A stretch of 29,446 nucleotides of DNA from Candidatus Methylomirabilis limnetica (GTDB taxonomy: Bacteria > Methylomirabilota > Methylomirabilia > Methylomirabilales > Methylomirabilaceae), in contig NZ_NVQC01000021.1 of NCBI RefSeq assembly GCF_003044035.1, positions 1 to 29,446 on the forward strand, given 5' to 3'. Shown here one piece after another: positions 17,129 to 23,492 of the stretch. Below the pieces are notes generated by a model. It was not told the origin of the DNA. It saw only the letters and a list, made by a program, of their open reading frames with translations, and did no database searches. The first letter of the stretch is position 1. The number at the start of each line of letters is the position of its first letter. Position numbers and translations under genes: made by a program.

Positions 17129-18358
17129 ATGTGGCAATTCAAATATCGAGCGTACCTTTGGGCCGTAATGTCGCTCACAGTGGCCTGTCTTGTACCAGTG
17201 AGCGCCCTCGCCCAAGTCACGCCTGGAGCCTCTGCGAGCGCACCAGCCTCGGCGCCTCGGCTGTCTGCTGCTGCGCTGGAGAAGCTGGTCGGACCGGTCG
17301 CGCTCTACCCCGATGATCTGCTCGCGATCCTGCTGCCGGCATCCACGAGGCCGCTGGACATCGTCAAGGCGCAGCGCTTCATCGAGAAGCACAAGAAAGA
17401 GACGAATCTCAAACCTGACCCGAGCCTGCCCGAGCCGACGCGTAACCTTTTGAACTACCCCGAGGTCGTCAAAAAGATGAGCGACGATCTCGACTGGACG
17501 GAGCGACTCGGCCAAGCTGTCGTGGGCCAGCAAAAGGACGTAATGAGCGCGATCCAGGCTTTCCGGCGGAAGGTGTACTCGGCAGGTAACCTCAAGACCG
17601 ACGATAAGCAGATCATAGTGGTCGAGAAGGAAGTCATCAAGGTGGTGCAGGCCAATCCCCAGATCATCTACGTGCCGCAGTACCAGCCGTCCGTCGTCGT
17701 AGTCGCCCAGTCCGCACCGGTGGTTGTCTACTATCCTACGCCCTACCCGGTCTACTACTACGGCGCACCGACTGCGTACGTGGTCGGTTGGAGTTCCTAC
17801 GCGATCTACGGCGGTTACAACGTCGAAGATCTGCAAGAGGAGCGGATGGATTACGCCAACGAGGCTCGCGAAGACAGGCAGGCACACCGAAAGGAGATGC
17901 AGGAGGGGCGGCAGGAACAGCGTGGTGAGGCCCAGACCAAAAAACAGGAAGGAGCGAACAAAGCTCAGACCCAACCGAGCCAGACCTTGCGGCAGCAAGT
18001 CCAGACGCAGCAGACGGCTGCCTCCCCGCAGGGGCAGCGCCAGGGGGCGGCGGCCACCAACCAGCCGAGCGGCCAGGCCTGGCGCCCGCAGCAGCAGGGG
18101 CAAGTCGCGAGCGCCCAGGGGACAAGGCCCGGCGACTCAGTATCCTCGCGCGGGGGCGGCGGCGATGGCGCGTTCGGAGGAAGCGGCTCGAATGCGAGCA
18201 TGGCAAGCGCGAGCCAGCGTGGATCCGAGAGCCGGTTCGGCGGTGGCGGTGGTGGTGGCGGCGGCTGGAGCGGTGGCGGTGGCGGCTGGAGCGGCGGGCG
18301 AGGCGGTGGTGGCGGTGGTGGTGGCGGGCGAGGCGGTGGCGGTGGCGGGCGGCGATAG
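17129..18358 (+). CDS. DUF3300 domain-containing exported protein with Q-rich / Gly-Arg-rich C-terminal tail
   Basis: ORF track gives a GTG at 17120; ATG 17129 lies 10 nt after AAGGAGGGG. Signal MWQFKYRAYLWAVMSLTVACLVPVSALA. DUF3300 core: LEKLVGPVALYPDDLLAILLPASTRPLDIVKAQRFIEK...LLNYPEVVKKM. Tail: ...GGGGGGGGWSGGGGGWSGGRGGGGGGGGGRGGGGGGRR. Confidence 0.85.
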   Translation: MWQFKYRAYLWAVMSLTVACLVPVSALAQVTPGASASAPASAPRLSAAALEKLVGPVALYPDDLLAILLPASTRPLDIVKAQRFIEKHKKETNLKPDPSLPEPTRNLLNYPEVVKKMSDDLDWTERLGQAVVGQQKDVMSAIQAFRRKVYSAGNLKTDDKQIIVVEKEVIKVVQANPQIIYVPQYQPSVVVVAQSAPVVVYYPTPYPVYYYGAPTAYVVGWSSYAIYGGYNVEDLQEERMDYANEAREDRQAHRKEMQEGRQEQRGEAQTKKQEGANKAQTQPSQTLRQQVQTQQTAASPQGQRQGAAATNQPSGQAWRPQQQGQVASAQGTRPGDSVSSRGGGGDGAFGGSGSNASMASASQRGSESRFGGGGGGGGGWSGGGGGWSGGRGGGGGGGGGRGGGGGGRR

Positions 18359-18370
18359 AGGAGGCAGCCA

Positions 18371-19294
18371 ATGAGACACATTGAGCAGATGATCGTAAGG
18401 GGCCTACTCGTCGCGGCAGCGTTCATGTTCTCGGCGACGCCTGCCTCCGCACAGACGCCAGGAGGGCAGCGCCTTTTCGACTCGCCTAAAGCAGGAGCGA
18501 AGGCGCTGGTCGAGGCCGCGAGAGCGAACGACGAGCAGGCGCTGGTCGAAATCTTCGGTACAAAGCACCGCGACCTAGTTCTCACGGTGGACAAGACCCG
18601 CGACCGTGAAAATCGTGCGCGATTCGCTAAGTTCGCCGACGAGTACCAGTTGCTGAGGCCCGAGGACGACGGAAGCGTGACGCTCGTGATTGGTTACGAA
18701 GCCCGGCCATTTCCTATGCCGCTGGTGAAGGAGGGATCGACATGGCGCTTCGACACCGACGCCGGCCGGGAGGAACTGCTCAGCCGGCTCATCGGTGCCA
18801 ACGAGCTGGAGGCCATCGGGACACTGCGGGCCTATGTCAGCGCACAGCTACAGTATGCCTCGAAGCCGCGCGACGGAACCAATGTGCGGCAGTTCGCCCG
18901 GAAGATCCGCAGCTCTCCGGGCAAACACGATGGTCTCTACTGGGATGCCGACCCCGCGAAGGGCGAGGATCTGAGCCCGATCGGCCCTATGATTCACGAC
19001 GCCAAAGGTCACCAGTCCGGTGACCCCTACAACGGCTACTACTTCAAGATCCTCACGCGTCAGGGGCCGACGGCGCCGGCGGGCCGCTACGACTACATCA
19101 TCAATGGCCGCATGATTGCCGGCTTTGCGATGGTGGCCTTCCCTGCCGATTACGGCCATACCGGCATCAAGACCTTCATTGTGAACCACTACGGCGACGT
19201 CTACGAGAAGGACCTCGGCCCGAAGACCGCGGGCATCGCGGCCGCGATGCCCGAGTATAACTACGACCCAGCGTGGACCGAGGTGACGGAGTAG
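18371..19294 (+). CDS. DUF2950 domain-containing exported protein
   Basis: GAGGAGG SD upstream. Signal ...LLVAAAFMFSATPASAQ. Core: LQYASKPRDGTNVRQFARKIRSSPGKHDGLYWDA...DPYNGYYFKILTRQGPTAPAGRYDYIINGRMIAGFAMVAFPADYGHTGIKTFIVNHYGDVYEKDLG. Confidence 0.85.
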   Translation: MRHIEQMIVRGLLVAAAFMFSATPASAQTPGGQRLFDSPKAGAKALVEAARANDEQALVEIFGTKHRDLVLTVDKTRDRENRARFAKFADEYQLLRPEDDGSVTLVIGYEARPFPMPLVKEGSTWRFDTDAGREELLSRLIGANELEAIGTLRAYVSAQLQYASKPRDGTNVRQFARKIRSSPGKHDGLYWDADPAKGEDLSPIGPMIHDAKGHQSGDPYNGYYFKILTRQGPTAPAGRYDYIINGRMIAGFAMVAFPADYGHTGIKTFIVNHYGDVYEKDLGPKTAGIAAAMPEYNYDPAWTEVTE

Positions 19295-19328
19295 GAGCCC
19301 CATGGGCAGACGCCACAATCACGTGGCG

Positions 19329-19356
19329 TTCACCATTCACCATTCACAATTCACAA
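19329..19356. repeat. 4 x 7-bp tandem repeat (TTCACCA TTCACCA TTCACAA TTCACAA)
   Basis: Read directly from the sequence. It lies between the DUF2950 stop (19294) and the SD/ATG of the next gene (19378), and is followed by TTTAAAAAAGGAGAG. Confidence 0.9.
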
Positions 19357-19377
19357 TTTAAAAAAGGAGAGAGATCG

Positions 19378-19845
19378 ATGCGTATTCGATGTGCTGTCAT
19401 CACGCTGCTGTTGTTGTCCATGGCCCTTCCGGTGCTGGCGCAGGACAAGCCGGCCAACACCATGCAGATCATGCGTGAAAAGATCAAGGCCGACAAAAAG
19501 CTGCTGGTCGCGGTCAACATGGACCTGACCGAGAAGGAGACCCAGGCCTTCTGGCCGGTCTATGAGAGTTATCAGAAGGACCTCGGACTACTGAATGGAC
19601 GCATGCTCGCGATGATCCAGGATTTCGCCAAGAACTACCAGGCGATGAGCGACGAGGCAGCCAAGAAGCTCGTGGGTGAGTACCTGGCGATCGAGGGGGA
19701 TCGGGTCACACTCAAGAAATCCTACCTGCCGAAGTTGCGCCAGGCATTGCCGGAAAAAAAGGTCGCCCGCTACCTCCAGATCGAGAACAAGGTCGAGGCG
19801 CTTATCCGCTACGAGTTGGCGGAGGGGATTCCCCTGGTCAAGTAG
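19378..19845 (+). CDS. hypothetical exported alpha-helical protein (155 aa)
   Basis: The track ORF 19273..19845 is trimmed to ATG 19378, which is preceded by AAAGGAGAGAG. Signal MRIRCAVITLLLLSMALPVLAQ. The mature part is helix-rich and charged (LTEKETQAFWPVYESYQKDL...). I do not recognise the family. Confidence 0.65.
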   Translation: MRIRCAVITLLLLSMALPVLAQDKPANTMQIMREKIKADKKLLVAVNMDLTEKETQAFWPVYESYQKDLGLLNGRMLAMIQDFAKNYQAMSDEAAKKLVGEYLAIEGDRVTLKKSYLPKLRQALPEKKVARYLQIENKVEALIRYELAEGIPLVK

Positions 19846-19921
19846 CCCGGTCGTCAACCATGTGTTCCGGCCCCGGGACCTTCACGCCACCCAATGAGGC
19901 GAATCACAAGGAGAGAAACCC

Positions 19922-20482
19922 ATGTCTACATACGGTCGAATTGTAGGAACCGCGATCATTGTCGCGATGGCGGCTGCGGCCCTGCTGCGCCCGCACCCGG
20001 TCATGGCGGCGTCTGCGGCCGAGATCAATCGTGACGCCGATGCTGCCTTGAAGACCCTGTACGACAGCGAGCCCGTGGCCAAGGATCTTGCGGCGAAGGC
20101 CAAAGGTATCCTCGTCTTCCCGAGTATCATTAAGGCCGGGTTCATCGTCGGCGGACACTACGGCGAGGGCGTCCTGCGCAAGGGCGACAAGGCGGTCGGC
20201 TACTACAATACGGTCGCCGCCTCGTACGGCCTGCAGGCCGGCGCACAGACGTTCGGGTACGCGCTGATGTTCATGGACGATGCGTCGCTCAAGTATCTGG
20301 ACGAGAGCCACGGCTGGGAGGTCGGCGCCGGCCCGAGTATCGTGATCGTGGACCAAGGCATTGCCAAGTCGCTGACGACTACAACGGTTCAGAAGGGGGT
20401 CTACGCGTTCTTTTTCGCCCAGAAGGGGCTGATGGCGGGGCTCGGCCTGCAGGGCTCGAAGATCAGCAAGATCAATAAGTAA
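19922..20482 (+). CDS. SYLF (Ysc84 / DUF500, COG2930) domain protein, exported
   Basis: AAGGAGAGA SD upstream. Signal ...AIIVAMAAAALLRPHPVMA. Core: AKGILVFPSIIKAGFIVGGHYGEGVL...YYNTVAASYGLQAGAQTFGYALMFMDDASLKYL...GWEVGAGPSIV...GVYAFFFAQKGLMAGLGLQGSKISKI. Confidence 0.8.
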   Translation: MSTYGRIVGTAIIVAMAAAALLRPHPVMAASAAEINRDADAALKTLYDSEPVAKDLAAKAKGILVFPSIIKAGFIVGGHYGEGVLRKGDKAVGYYNTVAASYGLQAGAQTFGYALMFMDDASLKYLDESHGWEVGAGPSIVIVDQGIAKSLTTTTVQKGVYAFFFAQKGLMAGLGLQGSKISKINK

Positions 20483-20502
20483 TCGGTTCTTCCGGGTTTT
20501 CC

Positions 20503-20964
20503 GTGGGTACCCTGGCCTTCCAGCATGCACTTCCCCCATCCTTTCAAAGGAGGGGGTCAGGGGGAGGTAGCCTTCTGACCCAGCACTTCAACAAGCGCAG
20601 CGAACTCAGCAAACGCAAAGCCCTGCGGAACAACGCGACAGACGGCGAAAGCAGGCTCTGGCACCACCTCAGAGGCAAGCAATTCAGCACGAAGTTCCGC
20701 AGGCAGTATAGCGTCGATGCCTACGTCCTTGACTTCTACGCTCCACGGTCGAAGATCGCGATCGAGGTCGATGGGGACTCGCACTTCTTTCCGGAAGCGA
20801 TGGAGTATGACCGGGAGCGCACGACCTACCTGGAGCGCTTCGGGATCGAGGTCCTTCGGTTCACGAACCTGGAGATCTTTGAGAATCTCGAAGGAGTCCT
20901 GACCAGCATTGAACAAGCCGTAGCCCGTAGGAAAGCAACCTCCCCCGAACCCCCTCCTTCGTAA
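20503..20964 (+). CDS. DUF559 (Vsr-like endonuclease fold) domain protein
   Basis: Core: RNNATDGESRLWHHLRGKQFSTKFRRQYSVDAYVLDFYAPRSKIAIEVDGDSHF...DRERTTYLERFGIEVLRFTNLEIFENLEGVL. The start (GTG 20503) is doubtful. The N-terminal (PPSFQRRGSGGG) and C-terminal (SPEPPPS*) residues are read from the flanking palindromes 20533-20556 and 20950-20972. Confidence 0.75.
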   Translation: MGTLAFQHALPPSFQRRGSGGGSLLTQHFNKRSELSKRKALRNNATDGESRLWHHLRGKQFSTKFRRQYSVDAYVLDFYAPRSKIAIEVDGDSHFFPEAMEYDRERTTYLERFGIEVLRFTNLEIFENLEGVLTSIEQAVARRKATSPEPPPS

Positions 20965-21545
20965 GGAGGGGGAAAACGGGCGAACCGAACCCTCTCCATA
21001 CCAAGAATGGATGGGAGCTCATCATGCTAAGCCACATGCCACACACATCAGCCCACCAGCTCAAGCGTCTGCGTCACCCCGTGGGGATTGCGCTCGTTGC
21101 GTTGGTCGCGACAATGGCAGCACATGCCGTCTCGGCGCCGCAGGCGGCTGCTGCGCAATCGCAGAAGGAAGCGACTCCATCCGGTGGCGGTGGCGCGGCG
21201 GGCCAGAAACTGGACCTACGGCCTGCTGGCCAACCACATCTGGTCGTTTGCCGGTCGAGACAGCCGAGCGGATGTGAGCACCACGTTCCTGCAGCCGTTC
21301 GTTTCGTTCACCACGAAGACCTACACGACGTTCGCCCTGAACACCGAGTCCACTTACGACTGGGAGAACAAGCGGTGGATGGTGCCGCTGAACGCGACGG
21401 TCGCCCAGATGCTGAAGATCGGCGGCCAGCCCATCCAGCTCCAACTGGGGGGGGCGGGTCTACGCGGACCGGCCTGATGGCGGCCCCGATTGGGGTCTTC
21501 GCTTCGCGGTGATCTTCCTGTTCCCGAAATGAACGGACGCCACCA
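20914..21545 (+). repeat. segmental duplication, copy 1 (carries a 407-bp internal deletion relative to copy 2)
   Basis: Colinear with 25174-26211 at high identity by eye. The coordinate offset is about 4259-4260 before the junction at ~21208 and 4666 after it. Contents: DUF559 3' tail, the hairpin CCCCCTCCTT-cgt-AAGGAGGGGG (20950-20972), and the OMP gene. Confidence 0.9.
21024..21532 (+). pseudogene. outer-membrane beta-barrel gene remnant (paralogue of 25283-26198), internal out-of-frame deletion plus G8 frameshift
   Basis: The signal and N-terminus MLSHMPHTSAHQLKRLRHPVGIALVALVATMAAHA...GGGGAAGQ (frame of 21024) jump directly to WTYGLLANHIWSFAGRDSRADVSTTFLQPFVSF... (frame of 21088). The last strand, RVYADRPDGGPDWGLRFAVIFLFPK*, lies in a third frame after the G8 run at 21447-21454. 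Confidence 0.85.
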
Positions 21546-21648
21546 CGTCTGGCGCACCACATGGCCCAAGCACGGTAACCAATCGATCAGCCTTGACGGA
21601 AACGACGTCGGCAAGGGCGGCCAGGGGACCATCACCGTCAAGACTTAT

Positions 21649-21815
21649 TACTCAGAGCATAAAATAGCTTGTCTCCCCCTTTAGCAAAGGGGGGGGTAAG
21701 GGGGGTTTTGAACGATCGGTAAAACCCCCTCAATCCCCCTTTTGTAAAGGGGGAAGTTGCTGGAGATGTTGTGCAAGAGTGCAATCTAGTTAATGCTCCC
21801 CGTAATACATGGTGA
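21649..21815 (+). repeat. ~165-bp structured intergenic repeat, copy A1 (three G5/C5-clamped hairpins plus a promoter-like module)
   Basis: Colinear with 23206-23375. Hairpins at 21675-21693, 21701-21729 and 21735-21753, then TTGCTG (21757-21762), 17 nt, TGCAAT (21780-21785). It ends ~17 nt before the ATG of the downstream gene at 21832. Confidence 0.85.
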
Positions 21816-21831
21816 TGGTCGAGGTAAAGTA

Positions 21832-22773
21832 ATGCGTGGAGGAGCGCCATGGGGCGTCATGACCTGCTTATTGGGCGCGGCACTTGGCGTGATCGCGCTT
21901 GTGGTGGTGGCCTCTGGTGTGCACGCACAGGAGCTCGAGCCGAGAGCGTACGTAAACACCCCGGTCGGGCTGAATTTCCTGATCGCGGGCTATGGCTACT
22001 TGGAAAACGGCGTGCCGGACGATGCATCGGTGCCGTTGAGGGATGCCAAAGTCCAGACCCATGCCACCGTCTTCGCCTACGTCCGTTCCCTGGATGTGTG
22101 GGGCAAGTCCGGAAAGTTCATCGCGATTCTGCCCTATGCCTGGACGTCGGGGAGCGCCACAATTGCGGAGCAGCCTCGTCAACGCGATGTGTCCGGATTC
22201 GGCGATCCGAGGTTCCGATTCTCGGTCAACCTCTACGGAGCCCCCGCCCTCTCGCTGAAGGAGTTCGCTGACTACAGGCAGGACGTCATCGTCGGGGCCA
22301 GCCTGCTGGTGTCCACTCCCGGCGGCCAATACGACTCCAGCAGGCTCCTGAATATCGGGACCAATCGCTGGTCCGTCAGGCCGGAGGTCGGGATCTCCAA
22401 GGCCTTGGGGCCGGTGACGCTGGAACTCGCCACCGGGGTCACCCTCTACACCGACAACGGTAATTTTCTCGGCGGCAAGACTCTCGAGCGGGACCCCATC
22501 TACTCCGTTGAGGGACACCTCGTCTACAACTTCGGTCGCGGTGCGTGGGGAGCGGTGGATGGCACCTACTACACCGGCGGGCGCACGACGGTCGCCGGCG
22601 TGAGTGGCAATGATCGGCAAGAGAACGTACGCGTAGGCGTTACCCTAGCGCTGCCTGTGGATCGGCACAACTCGATCAAACTCTACGGCAGCGTCGGCGC
22701 ATACACCCGGACAGGGACCGACTTCGACGCGGTCGGGATCGCTTGGCAATACCTCTGGGGCGGAGGGCATTAA
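21832..22773 (+). CDS. outer-membrane beta-barrel transporter (MetA-pathway / Phenol_MetA_deg-like family)
   Basis: The track ORF 21793..22773 is trimmed to ATG 21832 (GAGGT SD), because the upstream codons are repeat-derived. Signal ...LGAALGVIALVVVASGVHAQ. Blocks: ELEPRAYVNTPVGLNFLIAGYGY, GFGDPRFRFSVNLYGAP, NIGTNRWSVRPEVGISK, VGIAWQYLWGG (aromatic-rich C-terminal strand). Confidence 0.7.
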   Translation: MRGGAPWGVMTCLLGAALGVIALVVVASGVHAQELEPRAYVNTPVGLNFLIAGYGYLENGVPDDASVPLRDAKVQTHATVFAYVRSLDVWGKSGKFIAILPYAWTSGSATIAEQPRQRDVSGFGDPRFRFSVNLYGAPALSLKEFADYRQDVIVGASLLVSTPGGQYDSSRLLNIGTNRWSVRPEVGISKALGPVTLELATGVTLYTDNGNFLGGKTLERDPIYSVEGHLVYNFGRGAWGAVDGTYYTGGRTTVAGVSGNDRQENVRVGVTLALPVDRHNSIKLYGSVGAYTRTGTDFDAVGIAWQYLWGGGH

Positions 22774-22786
22774 TTCCGTCACCGGG

Positions 22787-23205
22787 GCTGGCCCCGACCC
22801 GAGGAGACCCGGTCAGTGCATGAAAATCGGAAAGGTTGAGCAGACTGTGGAGCATCCCCGAATTCCGAAAGTAAACTTTCGGCGATTTCACCTGGCGTTT
22901 CCCGATATTCTCATGCCAAGGCTGGAGTTGCCTGATCATAAAAGTTCCGGTCAGGATATCGAGATACGAGCGCACGGTCTTGTCGGACAGTCCCATGGAG
23001 CGACCCAGCTCAGAGGCATTCCAGGTCTGTCCGTGATAGTGGGCCAGCATGGTCCAGAAGCGATGCAGGGCTTTCGAGATCAAAGCATGTTGAATGTTTG
23101 CTTTCTGCGAACATGCGCGCTAATGTCGTTTTGCCGCACTGGCGTGGATCGAGCAGTGACGTAATAGGGGAGCGCTTGACGGTACTGGTGAGCCGTGTGA
23201 GATAG
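22787..23205 (-). pseudogene. decayed AAA_14 / DUF4143 family ATPase gene (no start, internal deletion with frame change, 3' truncation)
   Basis: My - strand translation of 23200-23084 gives ...YYLTRLTSTVKRSPITSLLDPRQCGKTTLARMFAESKHSTCFDLESP (Walker A). This is joined out of frame to the DUF4143 part in track ORF 22676..23083: ALHRFWTMLAHYHGQTWNASELGRSMGLSDKTVRSYLDILTGTFMIRQLQPWHENIGKRQVKSPKVYFRNSGMLHSLL...GAS. Homology stops near 22787. The 5' end abuts repeat A2. Confidence 0.75.
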
Positions 23206-23375
23206 TACTCGGAGCATAAAATAGTTTGCCACCCTTTCGCAAAGGGGGGTAAGGGGGGATTTGAACCATCAGCAAATCCCCCTCAATCCCCCTTTTTTAA
23301 AGGGGGAAGTTGCTGGAGATGTTGTGCAAGAGTGCAATCTAGATAGTGCTCCCAGTAATAGCTGGATGTGTCCCC
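23206..23375 (+). repeat. ~165-bp structured intergenic repeat, copy A2
   Basis: Colinear with 21649-21815. Hairpin 2 lies at 23254-23282. TTGCTG (23310-23315), 17 nt, TGCAAT (23333-23338). It sits ~120 nt upstream of the MscS-family ATG at 23493. Confidence 0.85.
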
Positions 23376-23492
23376 CTGGGATTGCCGTATCTTTGCCGCA
23401 ACAAAGCTTTTGTGATAACTTACCGGACCAGGAAAGAGCCAATCCATTCACCCTACTGGCCCCTGTCATTTCATGAAGAAGGACCAAGAGCT

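Noticed and set aside
17965-18594. Proline-rich 209-aa - strand ORF (PPPPPPRPPPPPPPPPRPP...)
   Set aside because: It is the reverse complement of the GGC/GGT microrepeats encoding the Gly/Arg tail of the DUF3300 protein, and it overlaps the start of the DUF2950 gene. It has no independent support.
19336-19364. Reading the heptamer array as a promoter (TTCACC-17-TAAAAA)
   Set aside because: The implied transcription start would fall inside or after the SD of the downstream gene (19366-19377), leaving no functional leader. The hexamers are just by-products of the repeat.
21761-21775. Sigma-54 promoter (TGG...TGCA) inside the 165-bp repeat
   Set aside because: In TGGAGATGTTGTGCA the GG-to-GC spacing is one nucleotide shorter than the TGGCAC-N5-TTGC consensus, and the -24 element is poor. 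The sigma70-like TTGCTG-17-TGCAAT reading fits better, and even that is only a motif match.
23346-23492. N-terminal extensions MLPVIAGC... (23346) and MLPVIHGD... (21793) on the MscS and OMP-transporter ORFs
   Set aside because: Both begin inside the shared 165-bp repeat, so the similar MLPVI peptides are repeat-derived. Good signal peptides with SD sequences start at 23493 and 21832.
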